A stretch of DNA of 64,000 bases from positions 1 to 64,000 of IMG/VR virus record IMGVR_UViG_3300030117_006323; one strand, 5' to 3'. Positions within the stretch are counted from its first letter, which is position 1. Each line of letters begins with the position of its first letter. This document shows, in pieces, positions 1 through 8,024 of the stretch. The notes under the pieces were generated by a model that was not told the DNA's origin, searched no databases, and saw only the letters and a list, made by a program, of their open reading frames with translations. The position numbers and the translations under genes are program-made. The stretch is from a virus.

Positions 1-2
1 GT

Positions 3-119
3 TACATCGAGTTCTTGGAAGACAAGTTTGGCAACCATTGGGATGAGTTTGTGCAAGCCGGACTATCGGTACGGGAATCATCTGACGAAGAAGCAAAGCA
101 TTGGGAGGCGAGTGAATGA
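3..119 (+). CDS. 5'-truncated hypothetical protein (…WDEFVQAGLSVRESSDEEAKHWEASE)
   Basis: Frame is open from the window edge to TGA 117-119, which overlaps the next ATG (ATGA); GGAGG SD at 104-108. Confidence 0.7.
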   Translation, partial: YIEFLEDKFGNHWDEFVQAGLSVRESSDEEAKHWEASE

Positions 120-622
120 ACATATTCGTATTAGACAAGCACCCGTCAGCAGCAGCACGTATGCACTGTGACAAGCACGTTCCCAAGATGTGTGTAGAAG
201 CAGCACAGATGATGGCATCAGCCCTGCGCCGACACGGTGCTACTGATGACATTATGCCACTCACCAAAGCAGGTAAGCCCTACAAGGGAGGCTATGCTCA
301 CCATCCATGTACAGTATGGGCTGGTGACAGTCGCGCCAATTTCATGTGGCTCGCTCTACACGCAATCTCTTTGTGTAGCGAATACAGGAAACGCTTCGGT
401 AAGGTCCATGCTTGCTACGAACCTATCGTGTACATGGAAAAGCACTACCTTCTCATAGATGACTCACCTTTGACACCATTCGCGCAGGCCATGCCTGACG
501 AGTATCGTGATGATAATGTGGTCAAGGCATACCGAGCCTACTATCATTCCAAGACATTCGCCAAGTGGGAGAAGGGAACACCTGCTCCTCTTTGGTGGCA
601 AGGCGTGGAGGTGACGGCGTGA
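116..622 (+). CDS. pyrimidine-dimer DNA glycosylase-like protein (DenV/Pyr_excise family)
   Basis: MNIFVLD…AA…CDKHVPKM.VE.AQM and HHPCTVW…N..WL, PF.QAMP.EY…V.AYR.YY are typical of this phage family. Confidence 0.85.
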   Translation: MNIFVLDKHPSAAARMHCDKHVPKMCVEAAQMMASALRRHGATDDIMPLTKAGKPYKGGYAHHPCTVWAGDSRANFMWLALHAISLCSEYRKRFGKVHACYEPIVYMEKHYLLIDDSPLTPFAQAMPDEYRDDNVVKAYRAYYHSKTFAKWEKGTPAPLWWQGVEVTA

Positions 623-729
623 AGGAATTTCCTTTGTCACTACTGTTGTGCAAGGTGGGTAAGTGTGATGGTAAGAATGCTATTGCACCCGAACTCCCCT
701 GTCCTCATTGCGTGGAGGTGACGGCGTGA
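619..729 (+). CDS. 36-aa Cys-rich microprotein MKEFPLSLLLCKVGKCDGKNAIAPELPCPHCVEVTA
   Basis: Manual translation from the GTG in repeat 1 to the TGA in repeat 2; Cx4C…CxxC. Confidence 0.7.
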   Translation: MKEFPLSLLLCKVGKCDGKNAIAPELPCPHCVEVTA

Positions 730-857
730 AGTGTGAATTGTGCGACGAGCCAATGATGATGACTAAGTTAATTCGTGGCCCTAATCCAGAAAGGGGTTTG
801 GACAAAGGTGAGTGGGCCTGTTCATACAAATGTGAATGCGTGGAGGTGACGGCGTGA
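726..857 (+). CDS. 43-aa Zn-finger microprotein MKCELCDEPMMMTKLIRGPNPERGLDKGEWACSYKCECVEVTA
   Basis: Manual translation from repeat to repeat; CxxC…CxC. Confidence 0.75.
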   Translation: MKCELCDEPMMMTKLIRGPNPERGLDKGEWACSYKCECVEVTA

Positions 858-1009
858 ACGCATATTCAAAGTGCGAGTGTTTCGGTGATGTGGGAACTCG
901 TATATTCCTCAAGGGATTCGATGAATACAGTGGTCAGTTTGTCCACATAACCCCTTCCTTTTGTCCTTACTGTGGTGAGAGCACGACGTATGGGGAGGTG
1001 AAGTCGTGA
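854..1009 (+). CDS. 51-aa Zn-finger microprotein MNAYSKCECFGDVG…FCPYCGESTTYGEVKS
   Basis: Manual translation; CxC…CPYCG; GTGA coupling at both ends. Confidence 0.75.
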   Translation: MNAYSKCECFGDVGTRIFLKGFDEYSGQFVHITPSFCPYCGESTTYGEVKS

Positions 1010-1194
1010 GAAATACAAATAACAGTTGTGAACATGATTTTGAGTTATCATACTACGATGACGTTGATGGCGCATACGTGGTATTTGAGTGTAAGAACTG
1101 CGGTATGGTTGTATCATGTGATGTAGAAAGCCCCTATGAAAATGCAAAGATGGACCGTGGTATTGTGGAAGAAGGCGTGGAGGTGACGGCGTGA
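1006..1194 (+). CDS. 62-aa Zn-ribbon microprotein
   Basis: CEH…FECKNCG; ends in the VEVTA repeat. Confidence 0.75.
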   Translation: MRNTNNSCEHDFELSYYDDVDGAYVVFECKNCGMVVSCDVESPYENAKMDRGIVEEGVEVTA

Positions 1195-1448
1195 AAGCGG
1201 CTACAAGGAGGCAACGCCTGAACAAAGCGTTGACTGAAATGCCTACGGGAATTGAATTCACGGCAGCGGATGTACAGGAAATAATGGCGAAACAATACAA
1301 GCGTGGGGAGTTGTCCACGCGAGCAATCGGATTTCTTCTAGCGAAAACGGATGGTGTGTCAAGAATGCGAAAACGCTCTTGGATAAAATCCGATTCCTTT
1401 AAGAACCAACAACAAAAAAAGAAAATGAACCGAGGTGAAAATATATGA
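1191..1448 (+). CDS. small basic protein, possibly winged-helix DNA-binding
   Basis: Starts at the GTG in the last repeat; FTAADVQE…LSTRAIGFLL…W resembles wHTH (weak). Confidence 0.5.
   Translation: MKAATRRQRLNKALTEMPTGIEFTAADVQEIMAKQYKRGELSTRAIGFLLAKTDGVSRMRKRSWIKSDSFKNQQQKKKMNRGENI
1396..1414 (+). promoter_or_regulatory. viral promoter motif CCTTTAAGAACCAACAACA (copy 1, before DUF932 gene)
   Basis: TATA-like TTTAAG with a conserved downstream tail; five copies, all shortly upstream of + strand gene starts. Confidence 0.7.
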
Positions 1449-3079
1449 CCGACGAAAGTAATGTGATTGTGATTGGCAAGGTTGATGATGCAAGTGGTTC
1501 ACGCTTGCTCATTCAATATGAAGCCCAATCGGGGACGCGGCACGAATGGGTGCCTAGAGATGCAGTAAAGAGACAAGAGCCTTTGTCCGATGGAAGGACG
1601 GCTTTTGTTCTGGGGTATGCCGAGACAGAAGCAGGTGAATACGAGCCAGATAGGCAATTCGTAGGGGCCGCTATGCCTATGGTGACCGAAGAGAACGACA
1701 TCATTGTCGTATCTGCGCTTGAGAACGACGAAGAATTGCCAGAATTGGCATTCGATGATAGCCGCCCAGTGTTTACACAGGGAGCGGACCAAGAAATACC
1801 GACTATCATTGCCATTGGTGAAGATGGCGAGGAGTTACCAGAGGATGTATGGGGCGGTGCACTTCTCACAGGAGGGAGGTTTGAGACTGTATGTGATTGG
1901 GATTTCGTGCCCACAGTCCTACCTGCCTATGTACCCGTGCAAGAAGAGTCCAGTGAGACTATGATGCCACGTATGCAACGTGTCAACGACAAGAAAGGAG
2001 AGGCAAATGTATTCCTCGCTTTCAACCCTAACTACCGTAGCGCACGTGAGCCTGCTGGGGCCCACTTGGGTACCTTCAGTAGTCGATACTTCGCTCTTGA
2101 TTACCCCACCGTGGCCCGGCCTCTTCTACAAAGAGCGGCCCAAAATGGTTGGCAAGCGAGTGTTCTTGCTTATGACCGAGGTAAGAAGATGCGAATTGAT
2201 TGTGATGTCATGGGTGCTATGCACGCAGGTGGCGGCGGTGCTGGGAGCCATGCTGATTTGATGCGTAAAGGTTGGACTAGTATGGCTCAATCTGACAGCG
2301 GATGGCTCATGGAAGAGACAATGAAGGATTTGCAGGAGCAAGTACATCGAGTCTGGCGCTATGGATTCAGTATCCACAATAGCCTTGACGGCAATGGCTC
2401 ATTCCGTGTCCAAGCGGTAGCCCGTCGAAATGCTTGCACGAATGCAGGTGTGATTGGTGGGCAACGGACACTCATGAGCATGAGACACACGAAGGGTGTG
2501 ATGGAACCCATTGATTGGGATGATTTCGCTGACACAATTGACGCTGTTATCACTGATGCTCAAAGAGGGTTGGGTCACGTTGAGGCACTCAAGTATATCC
2601 CTCTTGAGGAGCACATGTTTGAACGATTACTTACACTGTGCGAGCGCGCAGGTCTTGTGAGTTGGCCTCGTCAGAGTAAGGATGGGACTTTGCAGGGTAG
2701 CCACATGTGGCATCTATTCGGCCATGGTTGGACGACTCCTTCAGAGTCTTGGGTTCGCGTTGAGGGTGACTCAAAGAAGACACTCTACCATGCTTACCAA
2801 GTGCTGACTGGTGCAATCACTCACAAGCCTGAGTGGCGGACTAAGGGGCGCGTCCTCAAGGGACACACAGTCAATCTAGATACCTTTGACCGACGCTTGG
2901 CTAAGGTGGATGCACTACTCACTGGTTTGGGTGTGGATACCATGCAGAAGTATTCCTCCACTTTAGGACATCCTATCGGATTGACTGATTGGGATGGGCT
3001 ACGTGAATTCGGTGTGCCTGCTCTAGATGATGTGCCTACGGCCACAGAAGTCCTTCGTGTTCTCAATAACGAGGAGTGA
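1445..3079 (+). CDS. DUF932/DUF945-family protein with acidic N-terminal extension
   Basis: HNSLDGNGSF…RRNACTNAG…RHTKG signature; GAGGTG SD. Confidence 0.75.
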   Translation: MTDESNVIVIGKVDDASGSRLLIQYEAQSGTRHEWVPRDAVKRQEPLSDGRTAFVLGYAETEAGEYEPDRQFVGAAMPMVTEENDIIVVSALENDEELPELAFDDSRPVFTQGADQEIPTIIAIGEDGEELPEDVWGGALLTGGRFETVCDWDFVPTVLPAYVPVQEESSETMMPRMQRVNDKKGEANVFLAFNPNYRSAREPAGAHLGTFSSRYFALDYPTVARPLLQRAAQNGWQASVLAYDRGKKMRIDCDVMGAMHAGGGGAGSHADLMRKGWTSMAQSDSGWLMEETMKDLQEQVHRVWRYGFSIHNSLDGNGSFRVQAVARRNACTNAGVIGGQRTLMSMRHTKGVMEPIDWDDFADTIDAVITDAQRGLGHVEALKYIPLEEHMFERLLTLCERAGLVSWPRQSKDGTLQGSHMWHLFGHGWTTPSESWVRVEGDSKKTLYHAYQVLTGAITHKPEWRTKGRVLKGHTVNLDTFDRRLAKVDALLTGLGVDTMQKYSSTLGHPIGLTDWDGLREFGVPALDDVPTATEVLRVLNNEE

Positions 3080-3435
3080 TTATTCTGGAAGAGGAGGAGT
3101 ACACCGTCTATATTGACGGGCTAAGGGTCACCCCTGACAGCATCACCAGTGATGGTATGTGGATGGGGGAAGATGGCATGCAATGTGACATCAGGGAAAT
3201 GAAATTTAACGTACCTGAAGGCATCAAGGGTGGCCCTTACTCCCCACAATCTGTCATGGCGATTCTACCGATAAAGGAGGCGTACCAAGTGTGCCCTGAA
3301 TGCAAGTCTAACGTGTCGGATGATGGCATTTTGCTGATGATGGAAGTGTTCCACGTGTACCCCGCTTCTTGTTGCGATAGGATGGTGTGGTTACGTAATG
3401 GCGGTAGCCAAAATTGGGCACAGGAGTTGAGTTAG
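3076..3435 (+). CDS. hypothetical Zn-binding protein
   Basis: GTGA-coupled start; CPEC…SCC. Confidence 0.65.
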   Translation: MIILEEEEYTVYIDGLRVTPDSITSDGMWMGEDGMQCDIREMKFNVPEGIKGGPYSPQSVMAILPIKEAYQVCPECKSNVSDDGILLMMEVFHVYPASCCDRMVWLRNGGSQNWAQELS

Positions 3436-6315
3436 ATGGGCGCAAGAAGAAGACCAAAACCGAGGAAAAAGAGGGCCGGTAAGAATAGGAAGTATGCCAA
3501 ATTCAAAGCCATAGAGAGAGCGTTTTACGATACTTTAATCAGGGGTGATTTTGTACCCGTGAGTCCTCTTATACTTGTCCATAATGAGCATCACACTTCT
3601 GAGGAATCGCGAGATTTTGCCCTAAAGTTATGGGCTCCCTTCATTAGATGGACGGAGCAAGAACATGTTCCCGGGGAGTTGTTATTTGGGGCTTGGTATT
3701 TCACTATGTGCCCCGACTTTAATCGCCGGGAAGAGGACTACTTTGCAAATTACATGAAGTACGCAGCGGAAATAGATGAAGCAGGTGAAAAACTTGTTTC
3801 CTTCGTTGAAGATTTTGGGGTTAAAGGCTTAATTTCTATGTGTCGAAGAGTCTTGGATAGGTTTCAAAAAGCGGCCCCTCTAAATGAGTCATTGGTTGCA
3901 TTCGCTTGGACAAGACACGAGGCAGGTCTAATCATCCCTGAATACTTGCTGAACCCAGCAACTGTCAATAGGATTGAAAGTGAGCCTGAATTATGGAGGT
4001 TGGGTAAAAATATTGAACGCTTGACAGTAGATAATTGTGCGTCTGTTTTGCAGAGTCGGTTATTGGAAAGCGCCCAAAACGTCATTGATTACGCAGCGGA
4101 AAATCACCTAGGTATAATTGTAAAATATTACAAACAAAAATTGGCAGATGCAGATGGTATAGATGATTGGGAAAGTGTTAGTCTGAAAGATTACAAAGAC
4201 CCGCCTCGTTTTTATCGAATAATTCCTGATGTAGATATAATCAAAGCAATAGTTGAATCAGGTGTCACACTTAATCCAATAAAAATACACGCTTATGCTA
4301 GCATTTTGACGCAAGGTGAATTCTTGATGGGTAATTTACATCTCCCGGAATATCAATACAATTGGGACGCAATGGGCTTTGATACAGAGGAAATTGAATC
4401 CTTCATAAAAGAAGGAAAGATAAATGAAGTAATGGGTTTGTTATGGGACAAGCACCAAGAGCAAGGTATGCAAGGTCAAATAAATACATCAGTGATGTAC
4501 CCATCGTCATGTAGGTTATCTGTTCCTGCATTTGAATCATTTAAGACATCAGCATTTAAGTTACACATGAGTGATGGAGGTGGTTCCTATAGAGAGAGGT
4601 CACTCGTTGAGGGGGATGTTTTAGACAGATTTTCATATTTCCCCACTCCTGAACAGAGTTCTCAATTCGCTGATTTCGATGAACAAGACATGCGTTGGGC
4701 TCATGCTAATCTCGCTTTACTCGGGCAATCTTATTGGCCTTCTCTCCGTGACTCTATTTTCCGTTTCACCATCGACCAATGCGAGAGAGATATAGACGGG
4801 TGGGATGATTATACTGCTAGAGGGCGCCAGCGAGACATCAACGAAATTATCTTATATTCACTTTATGGGAAGCCCAAGCATCTTTACTTACCGATGCTGA
4901 AGCAGTATTTGAAAGATGCTCAGGCAGTCCGCGAGAACTTATGGAAGAACGGAAAGGGTCCTGATTCCGACACGATACGAAATTATTACAAATCCCTTGA
5001 ACCTAAAGATTGGTTATTTTCAGACGAAATTCATTATTGGTCCACATTCATGAAAGAGGCAGTATATCCAACCATTCCTCAGTCTCTAGTGCCGTTTTTA
5101 TCTGGTAATTTGATACATCGTTGGCCTGATGTGAAGCAAATGTGGTCAGAGGAATACCGTAATCAATATCACATTCCTGAAGGAGGTATTGTACTGCATG
5201 ATAGGTATATAGAAGGAGACCAAATAGAAAGAGGCTATGAGTTAAGTTGGCGTGAAGCCTTTTGTCGTTGTCTCACAGAACAAGCCATGGCGTTCAACCC
5301 TGACATCCACACTAAATTGCGGGAAAATGCCGACATAATGAATGCAGATGGCATGGAGATAGAATACCTCCCTCTATTGGAACGTGGTATAATAACTCAT
5401 CACCTAGGTGAAGCAGAAGACCTGTATCTTTCTTCTCATGCCCCGCACCTAATGGCTTTGTTTGACAGTTTAGATGATGCTGTCAACTTCAAACTTGATT
5501 ATGACACACAAAAAATCATCTTACTCCAAGGGGAAAAGAGGAGCAAAATCAATCCCTTTTTCTTACAATTACCCTTCCCTTCAATCTTCATAGAGACAAG
5601 AATGCCGTTAGTGAACGGTATGCTTCTAGAGGGCATGTTGGTCAGAGAATTGGTCATTCCAGAAGGTTCGTCGGGGGACCCGCATTCAAGTATGTACTTC
5701 AATATCATGACAGGCGAGATTGAGTACATGAGAGATAGTGATTGGCACAGCCTTCAGAATACTATGCCACAACTTGTCCCATTCTGTAGAAGTCAATATC
5801 TTGGTGATAGAATTTGGCTCATGGTAGGTGTCGGGACAAACACGTATGGCGAAAGGGAGATACTGAAATACAGTTGGTGCCCAGACATAGGCGATGGTCT
5901 GCATCAAAGATTCCCAAGAAAAAGAGGCAATGAACGAGCAAGAGTGGCGAGACAGATGTTAGATTTACTCACAAGCATGGTGCTTTTCATTCAAATGTCA
6001 GGCGTGACTTACGTTGAGAGGAAACCCAGAGAGATTGACCAAGAAAAGCGGAAAAAGAGAGGCTTGCGTCCATTATCTTCATCCAATGTAATCGTCCTAA
6101 CGGGGGAAATGAAGCGATACGCTAATGACCTAAAGGCCGCTGCCTCTGGTGGGGGCAAACTGAGACTCCGGCACTCTGTTATCAAACATCCACGTTTGCT
6201 TATGAGTGATAGATACAAGAAATCAGGACTTCAAGGTACGACTATATTTGTGGATGCACATGAAAGAGGTGGGAGTCGAATTAAAGCACAGAAGGATTAT
6301 GAGGTGAAGAAATGA
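3436..6315 (+). CDS. large hypothetical protein (959 aa), basic N-terminus, C-terminal RH.V..H.R…V..H.RG motif
   Basis: Long ORF abutting both neighbours; AT-richer than its flanks by eye. Confidence 0.75.
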   Translation: MGARRRPKPRKKRAGKNRKYAKFKAIERAFYDTLIRGDFVPVSPLILVHNEHHTSEESRDFALKLWAPFIRWTEQEHVPGELLFGAWYFTMCPDFNRREEDYFANYMKYAAEIDEAGEKLVSFVEDFGVKGLISMCRRVLDRFQKAAPLNESLVAFAWTRHEAGLIIPEYLLNPATVNRIESEPELWRLGKNIERLTVDNCASVLQSRLLESAQNVIDYAAENHLGIIVKYYKQKLADADGIDDWESVSLKDYKDPPRFYRIIPDVDIIKAIVESGVTLNPIKIHAYASILTQGEFLMGNLHLPEYQYNWDAMGFDTEEIESFIKEGKINEVMGLLWDKHQEQGMQGQINTSVMYPSSCRLSVPAFESFKTSAFKLHMSDGGGSYRERSLVEGDVLDRFSYFPTPEQSSQFADFDEQDMRWAHANLALLGQSYWPSLRDSIFRFTIDQCERDIDGWDDYTARGRQRDINEIILYSLYGKPKHLYLPMLKQYLKDAQAVRENLWKNGKGPDSDTIRNYYKSLEPKDWLFSDEIHYWSTFMKEAVYPTIPQSLVPFLSGNLIHRWPDVKQMWSEEYRNQYHIPEGGIVLHDRYIEGDQIERGYELSWREAFCRCLTEQAMAFNPDIHTKLRENADIMNADGMEIEYLPLLERGIITHHLGEAEDLYLSSHAPHLMALFDSLDDAVNFKLDYDTQKIILLQGEKRSKINPFFLQLPFPSIFIETRMPLVNGMLLEGMLVRELVIPEGSSGDPHSSMYFNIMTGEIEYMRDSDWHSLQNTMPQLVPFCRSQYLGDRIWLMVGVGTNTYGEREILKYSWCPDIGDGLHQRFPRKRGNERARVARQMLDLLTSMVLFIQMSGVTYVERKPREIDQEKRKKRGLRPLSSSNVIVLTGEMKRYANDLKAAASGGGKLRLRHSVIKHPRLLMSDRYKKSGLQGTTIFVDAHERGGSRIKAQKDYEVKK

Positions 6316-7040
6316 ACGAGGAATGGAAACCGAGCAAAGAAGATATTGAATGGACAGTAGGTCATTTGGAAACAATCCAAATAGGCGGCGTTTGGGCCCC
6401 CGGAGGGGCAGGGACAGAATACGAGAGAACAGGAGAGAGAGAACTCTCCTTGATGCGTATTGTACAACATCCAGACGCAGGTGAAATGCACAGCAGGATT
6501 TTGCGAACTTTGAGTGAAACTGACTGGATAGTAGTGGAAGAGAATGCCGAAATGGTTGTACCTCCACTGAATCCACAAGAAGCGCAATTTCAAGAGTTGC
6601 TAAGGCAACAAGAAATAGCAGCGGGCTGGATTTGTCAGGGCGAAGGTTGCGAGCAAAGACTAGTCAACATGCCACTGGAAGATGCACAATGGGTATCACA
6701 TGGCATGCAAGCGGCACTAGATTTGGAGGGTAAAGCGATTGAACAGGAGCGTTGGAGCGTTCTTGTTGTGTGTGATGCTTGTGGGACAGAGTTACATCTA
6801 GACCCGCAGAATTATGGCTTGTTAGGAGGGGATGAACTCTTCTTCCGCTGGGTCATGCCGAATGGGGTATATACTGTGCTCACAAGAGAACAAGTTGTAG
6901 AGATGGTGGACGGTGGTGTGGCCGATGATGTGTGCCTCCCTCTTGGCTCATCTTTGTACGAAAATAGCGGCATACCCGTCCCACCACACATGAGAGGGAC
7001 ATATTGCATGTTTACACCCACACATGGTGAGGAAGAGTGA
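6312..7040 (+). CDS. hypothetical protein with Cx4C…CxxC
   Basis: ATGA-coupled, GAGGTG SD. Confidence 0.7.
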   Translation: MNEEWKPSKEDIEWTVGHLETIQIGGVWAPGGAGTEYERTGERELSLMRIVQHPDAGEMHSRILRTLSETDWIVVEENAEMVVPPLNPQEAQFQELLRQQEIAAGWICQGEGCEQRLVNMPLEDAQWVSHGMQAALDLEGKAIEQERWSVLVVCDACGTELHLDPQNYGLLGGDELFFRWVMPNGVYTVLTREQVVEMVDGGVADDVCLPLGSSLYENSGIPVPPHMRGTYCMFTPTHGEEE

Positions 7041-7480
7041 TGACCAAAAGACATCATGGTGCCATGGGGGGCCGCCGCTCTAGAGGCTCTGGGAAGAAAC
7101 TACATTGGGCCTCAATAAAACAGGCAGTTGCAAATGGATTGGAAGATTGGGAAGGTTCGCCGTTTTTCACTTTAGATGGGTTTATTGACTATATTCACAA
7201 GGATTATTGGCGCTTGGCCCGTAGTTCAGGCCATTATCGTGCTCGCGGTACATTTTGCATCAGGCGTCGTTTACGCAGCCAAGTGGCCATAATGTTGAAA
7301 CAGCATGGGATAGTTAGGAAGCAGTACAACAGAATCCAACCTAGAAGAGACAGATTTGGATATTTAATCGAAGCACCTTTTCGCTATTGGTCTTTACCGG
7401 GCCATGAATTGCCCAAGTCGGAGATACACAATACTTCGCGTTTATTGAATTTGAATCAATTGTGGGGTGAGGAAGAATGA
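7037..7480 (+). CDS. hypothetical basic protein
   Basis: Coupled ORF with junction repeats at both ends. Confidence 0.6.
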   Translation: MMTKRHHGAMGGRRSRGSGKKLHWASIKQAVANGLEDWEGSPFFTLDGFIDYIHKDYWRLARSSGHYRARGTFCIRRRLRSQVAIMLKQHGIVRKQYNRIQPRRDRFGYLIEAPFRYWSLPGHELPKSEIHNTSRLLNLNQLWGEEE

Positions 7481-7704
7481 GCAAGCAACCGAGATGTGGA
7501 AAAATCATCTATCCGAATGCGCACATTGCCCATTTAGAAGCGAAAACCAAAAAGAAGTATCAAGGTGTATCACTGAACTATTATCATTGCGAATTATGTG
7601 AAGGGTATCATTTGACAAAAATGAGACCTAAAGAGCAAGAGGCATTTCGGCTATTATCCCAACTAGCATGGGAACGTAGAACCAAGAGGAGTGAGGAAGA
7701 ATGA
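7477..7704 (+). CDS. small Zn-finger protein (CGK..Y…Y.CxxC.GYHLT)
   Basis: Motif common in small phage proteins; ATGA coupling. Confidence 0.7.
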   Translation: MSKQPRCGKIIYPNAHIAHLEAKTKKKYQGVSLNYYHCELCEGYHLTKMRPKEQEAFRLLSQLAWERRTKRSEEE

Positions 7705-8024
7705 GTGGGCACTCTCAAAGGATGAGAAGAAAGGCAGAGACTTATCGTGGCTTCAGAGAAAAAGCCCGAGAGATGGGAGAAAGTATGGGGCGGGCTCTTG
7801 GTCTCTCCCCAGATATTATCGAAGGGGCTCTTCAATTGTATGAAGAGAATTGGCAAGATGCTCCGCGCACACCTCAAGGGACCATGGTTGATTGCTTGTA
7901 CGTTACAGCCAATCGTTACGGTGCGACTACGACAACAAGACAATTTTATCAGATGCTGAAAACAAAATACGGTGTAGGTACAGAGCCTCGCCCGAGTTGG
8001 TTACAGTGCGTCTTAGAGAACTAG
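7701..8024 (+). CDS. stand-alone TFIIB/TFB cyclin-repeat protein (mini-TFB)
   Basis: ALGLSPDIIEGALQLYE…RTPQGTMVDCLYVTA…G…T aligns by eye to the repeats of the TFB at 24304 (LGL…A…GR.P.GIAAA.LY.A…G…T). Confidence 0.6.
   Translation: MSGHSQRMRRKAETYRGFREKAREMGESMGRALGLSPDIIEGALQLYEENWQDAPRTPQGTMVDCLYVTANRYGATTTTRQFYQMLKTKYGVGTEPRPSWLQCVLEN

Larger units (their letters stand above)
603..1194 (+). repeat. array of 20-bp direct repeats GCGTGGAGGTGACGGCGTGA (603-622, 710-729, 838-857, 1175-1194; degenerate GGAGGTGAAGTCGTGA at ~994-1009)
   Basis: Read directly from the sequence. Each copy contains the SD GGAGGTG and an overlapping GTG start/TGA stop, and encodes the C-terminus VEVTA. Confidence 0.95.

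Noticed and set aside
603-1194. CRISPR mini-array interpretation of the 20-bp repeats
   Set aside because: Intervening segments are ~87-165 bp, variable in length, and each is a complete ORF. The repeat is an SD/stop/start unit and is not palindromic.
7892-8005. Longest-ORF starts at 7892, 14458, 16790, 17404, 29088 and 52297
   Set aside because: They overlap upstream genes; downstream starts with SD or stop-start coupling fit better.
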